In this document: positions 16,148 through 24,755 of the stretch, piece after piece
How positions within the stretch are numbered: the stretch's first letter is position 1
Layout: every line of letters begins with the position of its first letter
The notes under the pieces: generated by a model
Told to the model about the DNA's origin: nothing
Seen by the model: only the letters and a program-made list of their open reading frames with translations
The model's database searches: none
Made by a program: the position numbers and the translations under genes
Virus record (IMG/VR): IMGVR_UViG_3300005077_000063
Span: 1 to 34,819 of that record
DNA: 34,819 nucleotides
From: a virus
Taxonomy: Duplodnaviria; Caudoviricetes
Direction: 5' to 3' (one strand)

Positions 16148-16919
16148 GAAATTTATTGCTAAGACAACGAAGTCTAATCTTCCTGTTAACATCAATTCAC
16201 AGGCCATTCCGTCTGCACTCAAGCAGTTTGACCTTAACAAGCTGAACCTTGTTTCTCTTTCTAAAGAGCTTGAGGCTTCCCTAAATTCTTCTGCTCCTCA
16301 GTCGGTTCTGTTTGGATGGGCAGGACTTAAACGCCAGAAATTAAAGACTGAACATCAGAGAAATATCCTTGACCATATTTACAATATCCGAAGAGTCAAT
16401 GAGGAGCTTTGCCATCTTCAGGCAGAACTTTTTCTTTCTCCGCAGACGATTGAGCTTTTAATTGAAGGGAAACGCCTAGAAGCAGAGCATAAGATACAAC
16501 TGGCAGTAAAAGAGCAGGAAGCCAAGCTCCACGCTTTAAGCAAGGAAATGGAGGCCAGAGAAGTCAATCTTGACCATATGCGGGAAGTTGTTAGGAACTT
16601 GAAGGCCGATACAGACGCTAAAACTGCCCGTATTGAGCTTATGCGTAAGGTTGTGGACTCCATAGACCTAAATGAGCTTCCAGACTACCTGAGAGCCTTT
16701 GTAATCGCTTCTGTGTTTAATCCGAACCAGCCCATTACCCAAGAAATGAGCCTGATGGACGATTTGAAGGACTTTATGATTCAAAAGGCTTCAGGAGAGG
16801 CCCGCAAGACACAAGCTCAGGCAGGTAGAGAAGAAGCACAAGAAAAAATAGAACGGACAACAGCTCAAAAAACTGAAGACGATTATGCGAGACTTAGGGA
16901 TTCCTCTAAGGGCAAGTGA
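16140..16919 (+). CDS. Coiled-coil hypothetical protein
   Basis: 259 aa helical protein overlapping both neighbours. Confidence 0.7.
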   Translation: MTKKFIAKTTKSNLPVNINSQAIPSALKQFDLNKLNLVSLSKELEASLNSSAPQSVLFGWAGLKRQKLKTEHQRNILDHIYNIRRVNEELCHLQAELFLSPQTIELLIEGKRLEAEHKIQLAVKEQEAKLHALSKEMEAREVNLDHMREVVRNLKADTDAKTARIELMRKVVDSIDLNELPDYLRAFVIASVFNPNQPITQEMSLMDDLKDFMIQKASGEARKTQAQAGREEAQEKIERTTAQKTEDDYARLRDSSKGK

Positions 16920-18045
16920 AGGCCTTCCTATTCAGGATGAGGAAGACCGCTTCAGGCATCTTTATTGTCTAGGCAAGACCAGGACTGGAAAAACAACCTT
17001 CTTTTTGAATTTAATTTCCCAGGAGATTCAAAACGCCTTAATCGTTATTGATCCCGTAGGCGGTTTTGCTGAATCTGTTGCTTCCCTTTCCCCGCCTGAA
17101 CGCCTGATCTACGTAGACCAAGAACACCCCGTAATCATCAATCCCCTCACCAAATACGATTGGGCGAAATCTGCCAAAGAGTTTATCGAGGTTTTGAATG
17201 CCTGCGTTGCTGGAACGACATCGACCATAGACACCACCGTCTTAATGGAAGAAATTATCCTAAATGCCATTCGCGTATTCCGTCCCAATCAGAGAAATAT
17301 CAAATATCTTTCCCAATTTCTTAATTTCGAGGAACAGCGAAGAAACCACGCGCCAGATGAATATTGGACGTTCTTTGATTCCAGAGATAGGCGGGGATGG
17401 CTTCAGAACAAGGAGAAGGTCGATTCAGCAAAAAGGGTAGGGGCAAGGCTTACCGCTTTTCATCTTGATCCTTCTATTTCTCCGTTTGTGATTGGAGACA
17501 ATGAGCTAAACATCAAGCAGATAGCAGATGAAAGAAAAATAGCGGTTTTCAACTTAAGGGGATTCGATACCAACGCCCAGATTTATCTTGGAAACCTCAT
17601 CTCCCACGCAGTCAAGAATTATTACAATTATGAGGCTACCGAACACTCCCCCACTCTGTTCTTCTACGTGGATGAATTTCACAAATTCATTACCCCTTTC
17701 TTTTCCGATATGCTTTCCCAGTGTGGAAAGTTCAATATCTCCTTGAATTTTGCCCATCAGAATCATTTTCAGATATCCCGAGAACTCTTGAACACAGTAC
17801 TTGGAAATTGTTTCACCAAGGTTGTTTTTCAGGTTGGATATGATGAAGCAGACAGAATGGCAAAAGACTTTCAGTTTCCTGCCAAAGAAATCCAGAATCT
17901 AGGCAAGTATGAAGCTTATGTTTTAATAGGGAAACAGCCTCACAAAGTCCTTACTTATCCCCCGCCTGAATCCGCTCAATTTATTCCAGAGCCTCCCCAA
18001 GAGCCTGTTAATTTTTTACGGGACTCTTGGATTCAAATGGTATAA
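16885..18045 (+). CDS. VirD4/TraG/TrwB-like coupling-protein ATPase (HerA/FtsK superfamily), no TM anchor
   Basis: RHLYCLGKTRTGKT Walker A, VIDPVG, INPL, FYVDEFH Walker B, AHQ, LGNC...VF, DA..MA motifs. Confidence 0.8.
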   Translation: MRDLGIPLRASEGLPIQDEEDRFRHLYCLGKTRTGKTTFFLNLISQEIQNALIVIDPVGGFAESVASLSPPERLIYVDQEHPVIINPLTKYDWAKSAKEFIEVLNACVAGTTSTIDTTVLMEEIILNAIRVFRPNQRNIKYLSQFLNFEEQRRNHAPDEYWTFFDSRDRRGWLQNKEKVDSAKRVGARLTAFHLDPSISPFVIGDNELNIKQIADERKIAVFNLRGFDTNAQIYLGNLISHAVKNYYNYEATEHSPTLFFYVDEFHKFITPFFSDMLSQCGKFNISLNFAHQNHFQISRELLNTVLGNCFTKVVFQVGYDEADRMAKDFQFPAKEIQNLGKYEAYVLIGKQPHKVLTYPPPESAQFIPEPPQEPVNFLRDSWIQMV

Positions 18046-18046
18046 T
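18038..18046 (+). promoter_or_regulatory. Extended -10 promoter
   Basis: TGGTATAAT overlapping the ATPase stop codon. Confidence 0.6.
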
Positions 18047-18052
18047 TGAAGT

Positions 18053-18275
18053 AAGGCTACTGGCAAACACTTCGGGCATCAGTCCTTTGCCAAAGGAAAC
18101 CTATGACCTCATTTCTTCATTCACCTCGAAAGAGGGAGCGGTTCATCTTGGACTGTTAAGCTGATTTGGGGGACGACCTTAGATTTCCCTACTGTGATAT
18201 TCGGGCTAGGTCGAAACCTTAGTACGCAGTTGTGGCCATAATCAAAAAGAGCCATCTTTCGGGGTGGCTCTTTCC
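18053..18275 (+). ncRNA. Candidate structured ncRNA of about 220 nt
   Basis: Bounded by a promoter and a terminator-like hairpin; several stems, a closing helix and a possible pseudoknot. Confidence 0.5.
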
Positions 18276-18277
18276 TT
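18246..18277. terminator. Intrinsic terminator (possibly bidirectional)
   Basis: AAAGAGCCATC-TTTCGG-GGTGGCTCTTT, with an A run before and a pyrimidine run after. Confidence 0.7.
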
Positions 18278-18295
18278 CCGTGCTATAATTAAGAT

Positions 18296-18415
18296 ATGTG
18301 GAAGCTTTGGATGAAAATATTCCTTTGGATAGTTCTCTATCTAATTTCCTTCGTCATTGCGTGTGTAATCCTTAAACACCCAATAGCGGAGGGAATGTTA
18401 TGGCTGATTACCTAG
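18296..18415 (+). CDS. Possible leaderless 39-aa hydrophobic peptide
   Basis: MWKLWMKIFLWIVLYLISFVIACVILKHPIAEGMLWLIT*. The ATG lies 7 nt after TGCTATAAT (18281-18289). Confidence 0.4.
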   Translation: MWKLWMKIFLWIVLYLISFVIACVILKHPIAEGMLWLIT

Positions 18416-19176
18416 ATTTCGCTGAAATCAGCAAAGTTCCGTTCCAAGAAGTCCTTAACTGGCAGAATGTTCCTTTTCAAGAAACCAAAGCAGAACTAAA
18501 GGGAGATGGCTTTATTGTCAACAAAGACAAAAACCTTTATTTCAACCCTCAAGGAGATGACAAGGGAAGCGTTATCAACTGGTTATCAACAAGGGAAAGG
18601 ATCTCTCTTAGAGAAGCGGCCCAGCTCATTAGAGATCATTTTAACGGGAAGCCCCCGGAGAAGAAGGAGATCCCCGAGTACGAGCTTCATTATCACAAGT
18701 TCCTTGAAGAACGAGGAATCACCCCTGAGATAGCTCAGGAATATGAACTGGGGCTTGTGAAATCTAGGGGTGTGATGGCTGGGAAAATCGCCATCAAAAT
18801 TCGGGACGCTGAAGGCGAAAAAGTGGCTTACATTGGCAGAAATCTCAAAGGAGAGAGAAAGTATTTCTTCTTCAAGGGATACACTCACGACCACATTTAC
18901 AATCTTCACCGTCAGGAACACCCTTACGTGATCCTCACCGTCTCACCTTTCGACGTTTTGCACCTTGTCAAAGAGGGCTTTCCGTTTTCAATCGGACTCC
19001 TGCAACGCTCTATGAGTGCAAAGCAGGAAGAACTGATGAAGAGGTTCAAGAGGGTTGTTCTCTTTCATCCTGAAGGAGACAACATCGCCCTTCGGCTCTC
19101 GAAAGTCTGTTTTGTCAAACAAGTGGCAAATAGTGTCCAAACACTAGGCAGGGAGGAAATTAAGGCCCTGTTCTAA
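18400..19176 (+). CDS. Degenerate DnaG-like primase-fold protein
   Basis: DnaG-like layout (KGSVINW...ISLREAA; FLEERGIT; GKIAIKIRD...AYIGR; TOPRIM-like ILTVSPFDV), but the zinc cysteines and catalytic acids are missing. SD GGAGG. Confidence 0.7.
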   Translation: MADYLDFAEISKVPFQEVLNWQNVPFQETKAELKGDGFIVNKDKNLYFNPQGDDKGSVINWLSTRERISLREAAQLIRDHFNGKPPEKKEIPEYELHYHKFLEERGITPEIAQEYELGLVKSRGVMAGKIAIKIRDAEGEKVAYIGRNLKGERKYFFFKGYTHDHIYNLHRQEHPYVILTVSPFDVLHLVKEGFPFSIGLLQRSMSAKQEELMKRFKRVVLFHPEGDNIALRLSKVCFVKQVANSVQTLGREEIKALF

Positions 19177-19182
19177 GTGTTG

Positions 19183-19215
19183 CCCTCGGAGGTCTTTACG
19201 ACTCCGGGGGTTTTT
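19183..19215 (+). terminator. Intrinsic terminator closing the inserted module
   Basis: CCCTCGGAG...CTCCGGGGG-TTTTT, immediately followed by TGCTATAAT (19215-19223). Confidence 0.7.
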
Positions 19216-19257
19216 GCTATAATTAAATATATACAGCTTAAAAGTTAATGTAGGAGG

Positions 19258-19494
19258 ATGCACAAGAGAGAATTCATCGATATTTGCAGTCTTTTAACAG
19301 ACAAACAAATCGCCTGCCTTGTTTTTCGCCTCGCTGGACTTACCCGCCACCAGATAGCCGAGCTTAGAAATACTAACTTCAATACTATCAAATGGGAATT
19401 CGTAAAAATACAGCAAAAAGCAGATATAGACAAGCTTCTTGAGACAATCGAGGAGCTTATTTTTGTTCTAAAAGAAGATAACATTGCCGATTAA
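19258..19494 (+). CDS. LuxR/sigma-region-4-like HTH regulator (possible late activator)
   Basis: LTDKQ...LAGLTRHQIAE motif; located just upstream of the packaging genes. Confidence 0.65.
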   Translation: MHKREFIDICSLLTDKQIACLVFRLAGLTRHQIAELRNTNFNTIKWEFVKIQQKADIDKLLETIEELIFVLKEDNIAD

Positions 19495-19511
19495 AAATAG
19501 TATGTTAAAAT
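19484..19511 (+). promoter_or_regulatory. Candidate promoter for packaging/late operon
   Basis: TTGCCG-16 nt-TAAAAT with extended -10 TGTTAAAAT. Confidence 0.5.
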
Positions 19512-19569
19512 TGAAATAAGGAGATATGGATATTTTAAATCCATCTTAAAGCACTACTCACGGATTAAA

Positions 19570-19755
19570 ATGCCGTGCTTTGTGCTATTCGAGCCTATGA
19601 GAGAACAATGTCCAAACTGTAGAGCATATGATACAAACGTTTCTAATGATCCGCGATATTTCAAATGTCGGCATTGCAGAAACGTCAGTTCCCTGATCGG
19701 CCAGATGAAAGAAAGCGAGGAGTATAATCTCATCCGCGGAGGGCAGGTCACATAA
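19570..19755 (+). CDS. Small zinc-ribbon protein (start possibly 19597)
   Basis: CPNC...CRHC. Confidence 0.55.
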   Translation: MPCFVLFEPMREQCPNCRAYDTNVSNDPRYFKCRHCRNVSSLIGQMKESEEYNLIRGGQVT

Positions 19756-19809
19756 TGAAATCGAAGGAGAGAACCCTAAAGGGAAAAGGGGCTAAAGTTA
19801 GCGATAAAT

Positions 19810-20301
19810 ATGGCAACACAGAAACAGCAAAAAGCGTTTAAAAACCTGGCTGAAAATGGCGGAAATAAGCGAAAAGCATTCAAGGACGCCGGCTATAGCC
19901 AAGTTGTTGCAGACAATCCAAAGAAAGTGACAGAAAGCAAGGGCTGGGAAGAATTGATGGACACCTACCTTCCGGATGATCTCTTGGCTCAGAAGCACAA
20001 CGAACTGCTAAATGCGACCGACATCGGCCACATGGTATTTCCTAGTGCAGTCAAAGACAAAGAAATACGGGCGCTCCTGAAGACGGTCAATTGCACAGTC
20101 AAGAAGATTCAGCACGGAGAGCAGGCAAATCACGTCTGGTTCTGGGCGCGGAACAACCGGGCCCTGAAAGATGGACTGGATTTGGCCTATAAGCTCAAGG
20201 GGAAATATGCACCTGAGAAGAAGAAAGTCGAATTCGGAAATATGTCAGATGATGAATTGAACGAGAAAATCACGGAGGAGCTTTTTGAATTAATCGATTA
20301 G
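19810..20301 (+). CDS. terS: Terminase small subunit
   Basis: TQKQQKA...KAFKDAGYS N-terminal HTH and LDLAYKLKGKY motif; directly upstream of terL. Confidence 0.8.
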   Translation: MATQKQQKAFKNLAENGGNKRKAFKDAGYSQVVADNPKKVTESKGWEELMDTYLPDDLLAQKHNELLNATDIGHMVFPSAVKDKEIRALLKTVNCTVKKIQHGEQANHVWFWARNNRALKDGLDLAYKLKGKYAPEKKKVEFGNMSDDELNEKITEELFELID

Positions 20302-20304
20302 CAT

Positions 20305-21813
20305 ATGGAATTAAAGGAGCTGATACAAAAGAAGCTCAAGGACAACCCTGAAAAGGCCAAGAGGCTCAATGATCTCCTAGAGGAAAAGAAAAGACGAGAA
20401 ATAGAAAACCTCTGCGAAAAGTACACCCCAAACCTTAAATGCGAAGAATTCATTAAAATAGTTGGAGAAAACAAGACCTTTGTAAATTTATTTTCGGCGG
20501 CGAATGGCGTAGGAAAAACCGCTGTGGGAGCAAATATCGTTGCCAATATCTGCTTTGGAAAGCAGAATGAATGGTTTGAACATCCCCTTTACAAGAAATT
20601 CCCCTATGTAAAGCGCGGAAGAATCATTTCCGACCCCACAACGATCAAGAAGCAAATCATCCCTGAGTTAAAGAAATGGTTTCCTTCCAACCGTTACGAT
20701 GTCAGGTATGCGACCGAGAAGGAAGGCAAGCCCTACGAGTGCAAATGGACGACCGACACCGGGTTTGAATTTGACTTGATGACGACCGAGCAGGCCGCCA
20801 AGGAGTTCGAATCCGTTACCTTGGGCTGGGTCTGGATAGACGAGCCCTGTCCCCAGGATATCTATTTGGCCACGATAGCCCGTATGAGAACCGGCGGAAT
20901 CATCTTTTGGACCATGACCCCTCTTGCATATTCTGCCTGGATAAAGGATGAAATCTACGACAAGCGGGACGGGGTGAATATCGAATATGTGGAAGCGGAT
21001 GTTTGGGCGAATTGCAAGGACATCGAGGGCACGCGGGGGATTCTCTCCAAAGAGAACATTGAAAAGATGATCTCTCAGTATCCGGAAGACGAAAAGGAAG
21101 CCAGAATAAACGGGAAATTTGGACACCTCTTGGGCAGAGTCCACAAGGCCTTTAACCGCAAAACTCACGTTATCAAGCCCTTCAAAATAGAGCTTGAAAA
21201 GTATGTTGTAGTGAAAGCCCACGACACCCACCCGAGAGAGCCTGACCACATCCTTTGGATGGCCATAGACGAGAAGGGGACGAAGTTCTTCATTGACGAG
21301 CTCGTTATCAGCGGGACTACCGCAGAGATGGCAGCCAAAATAAAAATGAAAGAGCAGGTAGGCGAATGGCGAATGCTGGAGGATGATTTGATTGATCCGT
21401 CAGCTTTCAACACAGACGAAAGAACGAGTGAAATAAGCGTGGCTGACAAGTTGAGAGATGAAGGGATTGTCTACCGGGCCGGCAGCAAAGACTTGGCCGG
21501 CTGTATCCGCAGAACCGATGACGCTCTCCATTACGAGGAGAGAGCAGGGGAGCTCGTGAAGGCCCCGGAGATCTATTGGTTTGAGACTGTCCCTGTGGCG
21601 ATCCGGCAGATGGAAAAATACGTCTGGGACGAATACCGAGGGAAATCAGCCGATGAGAAACAGCCTAAAGGTAGGCCAAAGGATAAGGACGACCACCAGG
21701 TAGAAAACGCCCATAGGCTCTTGAAAGAAGAATACGAATTTGAAAAATACATACCGGAAACCTTTGAAGATGAGGAGGAAGAAGAAGTCCTCTACCCCAA
21801 TATAGGCGTATAA
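20305..21813 (+). CDS. terL: Terminase large subunit
   Basis: AANGVGKT Walker A, WVWIDEP Walker B, TMTP coupling motif, ARINGKF, and an RNase H-like nuclease (DTH, IDPSA, KDKDDH). Confidence 0.92.
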   Translation: MELKELIQKKLKDNPEKAKRLNDLLEEKKRREIENLCEKYTPNLKCEEFIKIVGENKTFVNLFSAANGVGKTAVGANIVANICFGKQNEWFEHPLYKKFPYVKRGRIISDPTTIKKQIIPELKKWFPSNRYDVRYATEKEGKPYECKWTTDTGFEFDLMTTEQAAKEFESVTLGWVWIDEPCPQDIYLATIARMRTGGIIFWTMTPLAYSAWIKDEIYDKRDGVNIEYVEADVWANCKDIEGTRGILSKENIEKMISQYPEDEKEARINGKFGHLLGRVHKAFNRKTHVIKPFKIELEKYVVVKAHDTHPREPDHILWMAIDEKGTKFFIDELVISGTTAEMAAKIKMKEQVGEWRMLEDDLIDPSAFNTDERTSEISVADKLRDEGIVYRAGSKDLAGCIRRTDDALHYEERAGELVKAPEIYWFETVPVAIRQMEKYVWDEYRGKSADEKQPKGRPKDKDDHQVENAHRLLKEEYEFEKYIPETFEDEEEEEVLYPNIGV

Positions 21814-21816
21814 CTT

Positions 21817-21990
21817 ATGAGCAATTTCAATAAATACATAAAAGAAGTCACCAAAGTAGAGAGAAAAACGCGGGAGGAAATAGAAAAAGAAACCCTGGAA
21901 ACGTTTTTCAGATCAACTTTGAAGCCGAAGCCAAGATGGATACCAGGATGGCTATGGCTTAAAGGAGCCAAAATATTCTTAAATATCTAA
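21817..21990 (+). CDS. Hypothetical 57-aa protein (not in ORF track)
   Basis: MSNFNKYIKEVTKVERKTREEIEKETLETFFRSTLKPKPRWIPGWLWLKGAKIFLNI*; fills the terL-portal gap exactly. Confidence 0.65.
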   Translation: MSNFNKYIKEVTKVERKTREEIEKETLETFFRSTLKPKPRWIPGWLWLKGAKIFLNI

Positions 21991-23997
21991 ATGAAAATTA
22001 CAGTTGACCAAAAACTAGATGCAATAAAAATCTCAGACGACGATTTGATTGAGCAGATTCAAAGGGAATACAACAACGCCCTTGATTTCAGGAAGCCTAG
22101 AATCAACGATTGGCACGCCAATGAGGATATGCTTTACGGCAGGAAGCCGAAGACCCTTTCCAAGAGGAGCAATATCGACCTCCGCTTGATGAAGGGGTTT
22201 GAGGATACGCTCCTTTCTAAAATCAAGAACCCGCCTGTCGTTAAATACCAGCCCACCGAAGAAGCAGACAAGACCAAAGCCAAGAAAGTGACCGCCCTCT
22301 GGGAACTCGAAAGCTCTCCCTCTCAGCAGAACTGGAAGTTCAAAGACAAGCTTTCAAAGAAGCTGTCTCTCCCTTCAGGACGTGTCATCACGAAAATTTA
22401 CGCGACCGCCAAACCTTACAAACACCATCGAGAAGAAATAGACCATTATGACTTCCTGATTGACCCTTTGGCAGGCGGATACGACATCGAAAACGCCCGC
22501 TATTTGGGGCAGGATAATATCTTTAAAAGCAAATTCCAGCTTGAAAATAATCCGAAATACGACCAGGAGAAAGTGAAGGAGCTCGTAGGCGACGATACGG
22601 AAAGAACCTCAACTGCCGAGGCGGATAACCAATACAAAGAGAAAGCCAACCGCTTTGCGGTCCTGGGGTTGAACACCGATGAGTACAACTGGCAAAAAGA
22701 CGGCCTTTACAAGCTTTTGGAGTGGTATACGACCATCAACGGGGATCGCTGGTATATCGTCTGCAACCTGGAAAAGAAAGTCATCCTCAAGAAATGCCTT
22801 TTAAGAGAGATTATCGGCATCCACGAGGAAAATGGAATTTCCCTTTATCCCTTTGCTTCGTGGGCATATTACCCCGATTTATTCAACTTCTGGAGCCAGT
22901 CCCCGATGGACGTCGTGAGGGAGAATTTCCAGACCAGAAATATCGTCATCAACCAAGCCATTGACAATAACGAGGCCAAAAACAGGCCGAATAGAAGCTA
23001 CGACCCGCACATTTACAAGGATAGAACCAAACTGAAGGAATACCGGGATGCTCTGATTCCGGTGGCGAAGGGAACCGACCCATCAAAAGGCATCTACATC
23101 CACCCGGTAAACAGCATTTATGACCCAAAAGCTTTGAATGACATGCTTAGGGAAATCGCCGCCCAGGTTACTGGCGTAACTCCAGGAGGAGAAGGAACCG
23201 AAGAAGGCGACCAGAAAGTCGGAATCTATTACGGAAATATGCAGGAAGTGGCCAATCGAATGTCAGGTTTTGAAGACAGCTATTCAAATGCCCTCAACAA
23301 AATGGCCCTGCTTTACTTGAACGGTCTCAAAGACCACTTGGACGAGGAGAAGGCCATTAAGATGATCGGCGAGAAAGGCGTGGAATGGGAAAAGCTCGTT
23401 AAAGATGACCTGGGAGAATTCGACATCATCGTTACGGGAGGCCTCACCGAAGCTCAGAATGACGCCATAAAGGCGAAAGCCAAGGCGGATTTCATTGCCA
23501 GACACGCCGCCAGTCCGGTTATCAACCCCAAGGCCGTGGTGGAAATGGATGCCCTCAATGCCGGTTTCGAACCCGAGGAAGTAAAAAGGCTGTTAGAGCC
23601 GAACGATGCCAGCGAGGAAATGACCGTCAGAGCCGCCGAGGATATTCAAAAGCTCCTTTTAGGTGAGGACTTCCTGCCATTCAGGAAAGCCGATACCGCC
23701 TATATGGAAAACATCCTTGAATTCTACGAGAAGACCGAGATGAAGCCGGAGCAGGAAAAGAGATTCCAGGGTTACATAGACGCGATTCAGGACATTGTCA
23801 TAAAAAATACAGTGTTAAAGGCCCAGCGAGCTTTGGCCCAGCAAGGACTGCTCCCCACCCCGAACGCGCCAGGTATGCCCCCAGGAGAGCCAGGAGGCCC
23901 TGAATTACAGCCACAGACAAAAGGAGCCACCATCGACAGGGCAAGTCAAATAACAAACAATTTAAAGCCAAATTATGCTACAGAGCCTATTGGATAA
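21991..23997 (+). CDS. Portal protein (P22-like)
   Basis: 668 aa after terL; DFLIDP, YPF...FWSQSP.D, VTGVT, FDI motifs and a Pro/Gln-rich tail. Confidence 0.85.
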   Translation: MKITVDQKLDAIKISDDDLIEQIQREYNNALDFRKPRINDWHANEDMLYGRKPKTLSKRSNIDLRLMKGFEDTLLSKIKNPPVVKYQPTEEADKTKAKKVTALWELESSPSQQNWKFKDKLSKKLSLPSGRVITKIYATAKPYKHHREEIDHYDFLIDPLAGGYDIENARYLGQDNIFKSKFQLENNPKYDQEKVKELVGDDTERTSTAEADNQYKEKANRFAVLGLNTDEYNWQKDGLYKLLEWYTTINGDRWYIVCNLEKKVILKKCLLREIIGIHEENGISLYPFASWAYYPDLFNFWSQSPMDVVRENFQTRNIVINQAIDNNEAKNRPNRSYDPHIYKDRTKLKEYRDALIPVAKGTDPSKGIYIHPVNSIYDPKALNDMLREIAAQVTGVTPGGEGTEEGDQKVGIYYGNMQEVANRMSGFEDSYSNALNKMALLYLNGLKDHLDEEKAIKMIGEKGVEWEKLVKDDLGEFDIIVTGGLTEAQNDAIKAKAKADFIARHAASPVINPKAVVEMDALNAGFEPEEVKRLLEPNDASEEMTVRAAEDIQKLLLGEDFLPFRKADTAYMENILEFYEKTEMKPEQEKRFQGYIDAIQDIVIKNTVLKAQRALAQQGLLPTPNAPGMPPGEPGGPELQPQTKGATIDRASQITNNLKPNYATEPIG

Positions 23998-24283
23998 ATT
24001 GAGAGGAATCTACACAACCAAGGAAGACCAGGAGCTTTTTGACGAACAGGAAAAAGAAATTGCGGATATGGAAGCCATCCGCGACCTCTTGAACTGTGAA
24101 CAGGGAGAAATCCTCAAAAATTGGCTGATGGACGAATTTCAGGCCAAATTAAAAGCCCTATTTGATAATCGCAGGGAACAGGATATTTCCGACCTGCAAT
24201 CAATCTATAATTTAATAAATAAGCTATCCGTTAATCAGGAACTTGATTCTATCGAGGCTTGGTTAAAGGAAAAGCTAGAGTAA
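23975..24283 (+). CDS. Small helical head-module protein
   Basis: 102 aa acidic helical ORF overlapping the portal 3' end. Confidence 0.6.
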   Translation: MLQSLLDKLRGIYTTKEDQELFDEQEKEIADMEAIRDLLNCEQGEILKNWLMDEFQAKLKALFDNRREQDISDLQSIYNLINKLSVNQELDSIEAWLKEKLE

Positions 24284-24287
24284 ATTT

Positions 24288-24653
24288 ATGTCAAACGACA
24301 AAGACAACAAAAACGTTGGAGCCTCTAATAAAGACAAAGCTTCAAACGAAGGAAAAAATAAGAACGTTGGTGGTGCGAAAGGAGATGGAACTCCTAACGT
24401 GCAACTAAAAGACAAAGACAAGCAAACAAAAGCAGAAATGAAAATGGAACAGAACGAAAACGGTTTGTATGTTCCAAGAACTGAAATGCAAGTTAAAGAA
24501 CAGCATTTCGTCAAGAAGATATCTTCTGATGAATTCGCTGTTGTTAAAGGCAATGGAGAGGTTGTGAGAGTTTATGTGAAAGAAAAAGGATGCGAAGACC
24601 CAAAAGCAGCCGCAGAGAGTTATGCAGCCAAACTGTCAACACAGTTTAAATAA
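24288..24653 (+). CDS. Hypothetical head-module protein
   Basis: 121 aa with a low-complexity N-terminus (KNVG repeated). Confidence 0.6.
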   Translation: MSNDKDNKNVGASNKDKASNEGKNKNVGGAKGDGTPNVQLKDKDKQTKAEMKMEQNENGLYVPRTEMQVKEQHFVKKISSDEFAVVKGNGEVVRVYVKEKGCEDPKAAAESYAAKLSTQFK

Positions 24654-24755
24654 TCTTCCCTGACACGGAAGAAAGCCGGAGGGCTCTAAACTCTTTGGGG
24701 TGATACCCTCTTACTAAATAATCAAGGCCGTTAGAGGCCTATTAACTCTAATTTT

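Noticed and set aside
18060-18140. GGCAAAC and CCTCGAAAGAGG resemble c-di-GMP-I riboswitch elements
   Set aside because: The elements are not contiguous, and the GACGCAAAGC junction and P3 receptor stem are absent.
18160-18220. CTGA...stem...CGAAAC looks hammerhead-like; GGGGGAC looks like a tmRNA 5' end
   Set aside because: There is no CUGANGA abutting the stem, and no T-arm/CCA end or tag reading frame.
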